A stretch of 64,000 bases of DNA, from positions 18,172-82,171 of the forward strand of contig JAUCBJ010008828.1 in assembly GCA_032718475.1 (NCBI GenBank), written 5' to 3'. The notes beneath the pieces were generated by a model. It worked only from the letters and a program-made list of their open reading frames with translations, ran no database searches and was not told the origin of the DNA. Of this stretch, positions 56,256-64,000 are shown one piece after another. The stretch's first letter is position 1; each line of letters begins with the position of its first letter. Position numbers and translations under genes: made by a program. Source of the stretch: Nemertoderma westbladi (lineage: Eukaryota > Animalia > Xenacoelomorpha).

Positions 56256-59200
56256 TCTGTCTGGGTGTCTGTTGTCAGGGGGTCTACTGTCTGGGTGGCT
56301 GTTGTCCGGGGGTCTACTGTCTGGGTGGCTGTTGCCCGGCGGTCTAATGTTTGGTTGGCTGTTGTAAGGGGGTGTACTGCCTGGTTGGCTGTTGTCCAGG
56401 GTTCTACTGTCTGGTTGGCTGTTGTCCGCAGGTCTAATGTCTGGGTGGCTGTTGTCCGGGGGTCTACTGTCTGGGTGGCTGTTGCCCGGGGGTCTAATGT
56501 CTGGTTGGCTGTTTTCAGGGGGTGTACTGTCTGGTTGGCTGTTGTCCGGGGTTCTACTATCTGGGTGGCTGTTGTCCGGGGGTCTAATGTCTGGGTGGCT
56601 GTTGTCCGGGGGTCTAATGTCTGGTTGGCTGTTGTCCGGGGGTCTAATGTCTGGTTGGCTGTTGTCTGGGGGTCTACTATCTGGGTGGCTGTTGTTCGGG
56701 GGTCTAATGTCTGGTTGGCTGTTGTCCGGGGGTCTACTTTCTGGGTGGCTGTTGTCCGGGGGTCAACTGTTTGGGTGGCTGTTGTCCGGGGGTCTAATGT
56801 CTGGTTGGCTGTTGTCGGTTGGTCTAATGTCTGGTAGGCTGTTGTCCGGGGGTCTACTGTCTGGGTGGCTGTTGTCCGGGGGTCTAATGTCTGGTTGGCT
56901 GTTGTCCGGGTCTACTATCTGGGTGGCTGTTGTCTCAGGGGGTCTAATGTCTGGTTGGCTGTTGTCCGGGGGTCTAATGTCTGGTTGGCTGTTGTCGGGG
57001 GGTCTAATGTCTCGTTGGCTGTTGTCCGGGAGTCTACTTTCTGGGTGGCTGTTGTCCGGGGGTCTACTGTCTGGGTGGCTGTTGTCCGGGGGTCTAATGT
57101 CTGGTTGGCTGTTGTCGGTTGGTCTAATGTCTGGTAGGCTGTTGTCCGGGGGTCTACTGTCTGGGTGGCTGTTGTCCGGGGGTCTAATGTCTGGTTGGCT
57201 GTTGTACGGGTCTACTATCTGGGTGGCTGTTGTCTCAGGGGGTCTAATGTCTGGTTGGCTGTTGTCCGGGGGTCTAATGTCTGGTTGGCTGTTGTCGGGG
57301 GGTCTAATGTCTCGTTGGCTGTTGTCCGGGAGTCTACTGTCTGGGTGGCTGTTGTCCGGGGGTCTACAGTCTGGGTGGCTGTTGTCCGGGGGTCTACAGT
57401 CTGGGTGGCTGTTGTCCGGGGGTATAATGTCTGGTTGGCTGTTGTCCGGGGGTCTAATGTCTGGTTAGCTGTTGTCAGGGGGTCTAATGTCTGGTTGGCT
57501 GTTGTTCGGGGGTGTAATGTCTGGTTGGCTGTTGTCTGGCGGTCTACTGTCTGAATGGCTGTTGTCCGGGGTTCTACTGTCTGGGTGGCTGTTGTCCGAG
57601 GGTCTACTGTCTGGGTGGCTGTTGTCCGGGGTCTACTGTCTGGGTGGCTGTTGTCCGGGGGTCTAATGTCTGGGTGGCTGTTATCCGGGGGTTTTTCTGT
57701 CTGGTTGGCTGTTGTCCGGGGGTCTAATGTCTGGTTGGCTGTTGTCCGGGGGTCTACTGTCTGGGTGGCTGTTGTCCGTGGGTCTAATGTCTGGTTGGCT
57801 ATTGTTCGGGGGTCTACTGTGGGGGTGGCTCTTTTCCGCAGGTCTACTGTCTGGGTGGCTGTTGTCCGGGGGTCTAATGTCTGGTTGGCTGTTGTCCGGG
57901 GGTCTACTGTCTGGGTGGCTGTTGTCCGTGGGTCTAATGTCTGGTTGGCTGTTGTTCGGGGGTCTACTGTGGGGGTGGCTCTTTTCCGCAGGTCTACTGT
58001 CTGGGTGGCTGTTGTCCGGGCGTCTAATGTCTGGTTGGCTGCTGTCCGGTTTTCTACTGTCTGGTTGGCTTTTGTCCGGGTGTCTAATGTCTGGTTGGCT
58101 GTTTTCCGGGGGTCTACTGTCTGGGTGTCTGTTGTCCGGGGGTCTAATGTCTGGTTGGCTGTTATCCGGTGGTCTACTGTCTGTGTAGCTGTTGTCCGGT
58201 GGTCTAATGTCTGGTTGGCTGTTGTCCGGGGGTCTAACATCTGGTTGGCTATTGTCCGGGGTCTAATGTCTGATTGGCAGTTGTCCGGGGGTCTAATGTC
58301 TGGTTGGCTGTTGTCCGGGGGTCTACTGTCTGGGTGGCTGTTGTCCGGGGGTCTACTGTCTGGGTGGCTGTTGTCCGAGGGTCTACTGTCTGGGTGGATG
58401 TTGTCCGGGGGTCTAATGTCTGGTTGGCTATTGTCCGGGACTCTACTGTCTGGGTGGCTTTTGTCCAGGGGTCTAATGTCTGGTTGGCTGTTGTCCGGGG
58501 GTCTACTGTCTGGGTGGCTGTTGTCTTGGGGTCTACTATCTGGGTGGCTGTTGTCCGGGGGCCTAATGTCTGGTTGGCTGTTGTCCAGGGGTCTACTATC
58601 TGGGTGGCTGTTATCCGGAGATCTAATGTCTGGTTGGCTGTTGTCCGGGGGTCTAATGTCTGGTTGGCTGTTTTCCGGGGGTCTACTGTCTGGTTGGCTG
58701 TTGTCCGGGGGTCTACTGTCTGGGTGGCTGTTGTCCGGGGGTCTAATGTCTGGTTGGCTGTGGTCCGGTGGTCTATTGTCTGGGTGGCTGTTGTCCGGGG
58801 GTCTAATGTCTGGTTGGCTGTTGTCCGGGGGTCTAATATCTGGTTGGCTGTTGTCCGGGGTCTAATTTCTGGTTGGCTGTTGTCCGGGGGTCTAATGTCT
58901 GGTTGACTGTTGTCCGGGGGTATACTGTCTGGGTGGCTGTTGTCCGGGGGTCTTCTGTCTGGGTGGCTGTTGTCCGGGGGTCTACTGTCTGGGTGGCTGT
59001 TGTCCGGGTCTACTATCTGGGTGGCTGTTGTCTCAGGGGGTCTAATGTCTGGTTGGCTGTTGTCCGGGGGTCTAATGTCTGGTTGGCTGTTGTCGGGGGG
59101 TCTAATGTCTCGTTGGCTGTTGTCCGGGAGTCTACTTTCTGGGTGGCTGTTGTCCGGGGGTCTACTGTCTGGGTGGCTGTTGTCCGGGGGTCTAATGTCT

Positions 59201-62200
59201 GGTTGGCTGTTGTCCGGGGGTCTACTGTCTGGGTGGCTGTTGTCCGGGGGTCTAATGTCTGGTTGGCTGTTGTACGGGTCTACTATCTGGGTGGCTGTTG
59301 TCTCAGGGGGTCTAATGTCTGGTTGGCTGTTGTCCGGGGGTCTAATGTCTGGTTGGCTGTTGTCGGGGGGTCTAATGTCTCGTTGGCTGTTGTCCGGGAG
59401 TCTACTGTCTGGGTGGCTGTTGTCCGGGGGTCTACAGTCTGGGTGGCTGTTGTCCGGGGGTCTACTGTCTGGGTGGCTGTTGTCCGGGGGTATAATGTCT
59501 GGTTGGCTGTTGTCCGGGGGTCTAATGTCTGGTTAGCTGTTGTCAGGGGGTCTAATGTCTGGTTGGCTGTTGTTCGGGGGTGTAATGTCTGGTTGGCTGT
59601 TGTCTGGCGGTCTACTGTCTGAATGGCTGTTGTCCGGGGTTCTACTGTCTGGGTGGCTGTTGTCCGGGGGTCTACTGTCTGGGTGGCTGTTGTCCGGGGT
59701 CTACTGTCTGGGTGGCTGTTGTCCGGGGGTCTAATGTCTGGGTGGCTGTTATCCGGGGGTTTTTCTGTCTGGTTGGCTGTTGTCCGGGGGTCTAATGTCT
59801 GGTTGGCTGTTGTCCGGGGGTCTACTGTCTGGGTGGCTGTTGTCCGTGGGTCTAATGTCTGGTTGGCTGTTGTTCGGGGGTCTACTGTGGGGGTGGCTCT
59901 TTTCCGCAGGTCTACTGTCTGGGTGGCTGTTGTCCGGGGGTCTAATGTCTGGTTGGCTGTTGTCCGGGGGTCTACTGTCTGGGTGGCTGTTGTCCGTGGG
60001 TCTAATGTCTGGTTGGCTGTTGTTCGGGGGTCTACTGTGGGGGTGGCTCTTTTCCGCAGGTCTACTGTCTGGGTGGCTGTTGTCCGGGGGTCTAATGTCT
60101 GGTTGGCTGCTGTCCGGTTTTCTACTGTCTGGTTGGCTTTTGTCCGGGTGTCTAATGTCTGGTTGGCTGTTTTCCGGGGGTCTACTGTCTGGGTGTCTGT
60201 TGTCCGGGGGTCTAATGTCTGGTTGGCTGTTATCCGGTGGTCTACTGTCTGGGTAGCTGTTGTCCGGTGGTCTAATGTCTGGTTGGCTGTTATCCGGTGG
60301 TCTACTGTCTGGGTAGCTGTTGTCCGGTGGTCTAATGTCTGGTTGGCTGTTGTCCGGGGGTCTAACATCTGGTTGGCTATTGTCCGGGGTCTAATGTCTG
60401 ATTGGCAGTTGTCCGGGGGTCTAATGTCTGGTTGGCTGTTGTCCGGGGGTCTACTGTCTGCGTGGCTGTTGTCCGGGGGTCTACTGTCTGGGTGGCTGTT
60501 GTCCGAGGGTCTACTGTCTGGGTGGATGTTGTCCGGGGGTCTAATGTCTGGTTGGCTATTGTCCGGGACTCTACTGTCTGGGTGGCTTTTGTCCAGGGGT
60601 CTAATGTCTGGTTGGCTGTTGTCCGGGGGTCTACTGTCTGGGTGGCTGTGTCTTGGGGTCTACTATCTGGGTGGCTGTTGTCCGGGGGTCTAATGTCTGG
60701 TTGGCTGTTGTCCAGGGGTCTACTATCTGGGTGGCTGTTATCCGGAGATCTAATGTCTGGTTGGCTGTTGTCCGGGGGTCTAATGTCTGGTTGGCTGTTT
60801 TCCGGGGGTCTACTGCCTGGTTGGCTGTTGTCCGGGGGTCTACTGTCTGGGTGGCTGTTGTCCGGGGGTCTAATGTCTGGTTGGCTGTGGTCCGGTGGTC
60901 TATTGTCTGGGTGGCTGTTGTCCGGGGGTCTAATGTCTGGTTGGCTGTTGTCCGGGGGTCTAATATCTGGTTGGCTGTTGTCCGAGGTCTAATTTCTGGT
61001 TGGCTGTTGTCCGGGGGTCTAATGTCTGGTTGACTGTTGTCCGGGGGTATACTGTCTGGGTGGCTGTTGTCCGGGGGTCTTCTGTCTGGGTGGCTGTTGT
61101 CCGGGGGTCTACTGTCTGGGTGGCTGTTGTCCGGGTCTACTATCTGGGTGGCTGTTGTCTCAGGGGGTCTAATGTCTGGTTGGCTGTTGTCCGGGGGTCT
61201 AATGTCTGGTTGGCTGTTGTCGGGGGGTCTAATGTCTCGTTGGCTGTTATCCGGAGATCTAATGTCTGGTTGGCTGTTGTCCGGGGGTCTAATGTCTGGT
61301 TGGCTGTTTTCCGGGGGTCTACTGTCTGGTTGGCTGTTGTCCGGGGGTCTACTGTCTGGGTGGCTGTTGTCCGGGGGTCTAATGTCTGGTTGGCTATGGT
61401 CCGGTGGTCTATTGTCTGGGTGGCTGTTGTCCGGGGGTCTAATGTCTGGTTGGCTGTTGTCCGGGGGTCTAATATCTGGTTGGCTGTTGTCCGGGGTCTA
61501 ATTTCTGGTTGGCTGTTGTCCGGGGCTCTAATGTCTGGTTGACTGTTGTCCGGGGGTATACTGTCTGGGTGGCTGTTGTCCGGGGGTCTTCTGTCTGGGT
61601 GGCTGTTGTCCGGGGGTCTACTGTCTGGGTGGCTGTTGTCCGGGGGTATAATGTCTGGTTGGCTGTTGTTCGGGGGTCTAATGTCTGGTTGGCTGTTGTC
61701 TGGGGGTCTACTGTCTGGGTGGCTGTTGTCCGGGGGTCTACTGTCTGGGTGGCTGTTGTCCGGGGGTCTACTGTCTGGGTGGCTGTTGTCCGGGGGTCTA
61801 CTGTATGGGTGGCTGTTATCCGAGGGTGTACTGTCTGGTTGGCTGTTGTCTTGGGGTCTAATGTCTGGTTGGCTGTTGTCCGGGTGGCTGTTGTTCATGG
61901 GTTAATGTCTGGTTGGCTGTTGTCCGGGGGTCTAGTGTCTGGATGGCTGTTGTCCGGGGGTCTACTGTCTGGTTGGCTGTTGTCCGGGGGTCTACTGTCT
62001 GAGTGGCTGTTGTCAGGGGGTCTAATGTCTGGTTGGCTGTTGTCCGGGGGTCTACTGTCTGGGTGGCTTTTGTCCGGGGGTATAATGTCTGGTTGGCTGT
62101 TGTCCGGGGGTCTACAGTCTGGGTGGCTGTTGTCCTGGGGTCGACTGTTTGCGTGGTTGTTGTCCGGGGGTCTAATATCTGGTTGGCTGTTGTACGGGGG

Positions 62201-62437
62201 TCTACTGTCTGGGTGGCTGTGGTCCGGGGGTCTAATGTCTGGTTGGCTGTTTTCCGGGGGTCTACTGTCTGGGTGGCTGTTGTCCGGGGGTCTGATGTCT
62301 GGGTGGCTGTTGTCCGGGGTCTACTGTCTGGGTGGTTGTTGTCCGGGGGTCTACTGTCTGGTTGGCTTTTGTCCGGGGGTCTACTGTCTGGGCTGCTGTT
62401 GTTCGGGGGTCTACTGTCTGGGTGACTGTTGTCCGGG
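56256..62437. repeat. 30-bp GT-rich satellite (~205 units) with ~2.1 kb higher-order repeat
   Basis: Consensus GTCTGG(G/T)TGGCTGTTGTCCGGGGGTCTA(C/A)T. Confidence 0.97.
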
Positions 62438-64000
62438 TGTTCGCGCTTTCAGACTTTTGGCAGTTTAACCCACCAAATTAAGATGTCTTCTAGATATTAA
62501 ATCAGTTTTTAGTCTATGACAAGTATTTGATTCACTACACTAGTCGAAACCAATCCGTGCGCGACCATTCACCCGCTGGAGATTCCCGGGAGATTGGGTT
62601 CGACGGTTTAATTTTATTGCTATGTAAGCCTAATGTATTATTCGACTGACAGTATTATATAATCTCTGACAATATTATTCACCTTCGGGAATATTAACAG
62701 TTCCTTTAGGACGTGGCGCTTTATCTATATAAACAGAGTTATGACTTAAACTACTCACAACGATATGGCTTAATTATAATTCACATATATGGCGCATTCT
62801 TTAGGAATTGCTTCTTTAACAGACTCACTCATACACAATGCTGCACAATACTGCACACTAATATGCCAATCTTCACTGATTTTAGTCACATATAAAAGGA
62901 ACACAGACTGACTCATGTAGGGTCTATCAAATAACATTAGATTCACTTCAAACCACTTTAACATAAGTCACAATCGTTATTGGTAACCTTTCTCTCTTAC
63001 CTTCGGTATATCAAGAATATTGGGTTTTCGGGGTTATTTCTCGTTATTCCAATATAATAATTCATCAACCAATATAATGAATAACCGACAACAAATAGCA
63101 GTACACAGTATCGATTGAGCAGGTAATTTTAGCAGTTTCAGCAGTTATTAAAAACCGTGTGTCAGCAGTCAGTGTATTCCCAGATCAGTGATTCCATGAG
63201 TTTGATCGGTATGTCAGTTAAAGGATATATGCCCTTATAATTAAACCTACTAGTGTAAGACTAAAAACTGAAAACACGGAGGTGCCAAAAGCCGGTTCTT
63301 AGGCTCTGGGCAAAAAACATAACACTGAACTACTGAGTTTCTGTATATACCTCCAACACAGAGACAACAAACGCTCTGATTGGTCAACCTGAACAACGAG
63401 AGAACAAAGAAACAAAGAAACGTCGACGTGGCAATATCAGCTGCTAGCCGTCGTCATGGTAGCGACACTGTTTCAAAGTATCCAGCTATTGCGTCACGAG
63501 ATTGTGGATTATGTCCTCTAAAGTACAAATACAGTACAAATACATAAGAAATGACTTTTATGTCCTCTAAAACACCAGTACAGCAAGGACACGGCCTTTT
63601 TATGCCTGGCAAACCAACTACAGAGTACTTTAAGGGAAAATAACCGGCTAATTACGCAAAAGCTTTTACACCGCTCCCAGAAAATGGGATTTAAGTCTAT
63701 AAAATATAACAAATCACAGTTTCTAAAATATAAAGATACTCTAAACAGTTAGCCTTTCTTACGCAGACGGCGTTTACGCAGTTTTTTGAGGCTAGCAAGA
63801 GTCCTTTTCTCTTTGGGGGGAGCCACTTTACTAGGAGGGCCATAACTCCTGGGTGAAGGGTGCAATATGATTGCATTAAAAGGTTTGGGTTTACGGTCGG
63901 TGTCTCGTCCATTTCGATATGCTTCTCCTCGAGCTGATTTTCCTCCGCTTGTCATGGGATACGTTCGTCCAAAACTCTCGCAGAGAATAGGGTTTTCTTG
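62438..64000 (-). mobile_element. 3' end of a BEL/Pao element related to B (3' LTR 62438-63670, PPT 63671-63678), abutting the satellite
   Basis: Reverse complement of the B LTR ends (tgttcgcgctttcagac ... agcttttaca) with ccgctccc; internal sequence matches 50460-50785. Confidence 0.9.

Noticed and set aside
56265-62468. Many long ORFs on both strands in the satellite
   Set aside because: Artefacts of a stop-poor 30-bp repeat; frames switch at single-base indels

Overview
AT-rich, transposon-saturated eukaryotic (probably invertebrate animal) genomic DNA with no bacterial features. It contains two CR1/L2-type LINEs, a Gypsy pol relic, one intact RTE LINE plus several RTE fragments, and a tandem segmental duplication carrying two copies of a secreted/GPI-type cysteine-rich (Ly6/three-finger-like) gene. 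There is also a 6.2 kb 30-bp satellite, and BEL/Pao LTR retrotransposons: element A (10856-24800, minus, TSD CATAT), non-autonomous element B (39697-52009, plus, TSD TACTG) and the 3' end of a B relative (62438-end, minus). Top observation 1: neither A nor B has a TGG/tRNA primer-binding site. The 10-11 nt directly after each 5' LTR are the exact reverse complement of a segment inside its own LTR, with imperfect pairing extending further, which suggests tRNA-independent self-priming in BEL/Pao elements. Top observation 2: element A carries an accessory gene after pol, encoding a DEDDy (WRN/Mut-7/RNase D-like) 3'-5' exonuclease fused to three CCHC knuckles and preceded by an array of hairpin repeats. 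All calls are by eye; no database searches were run.
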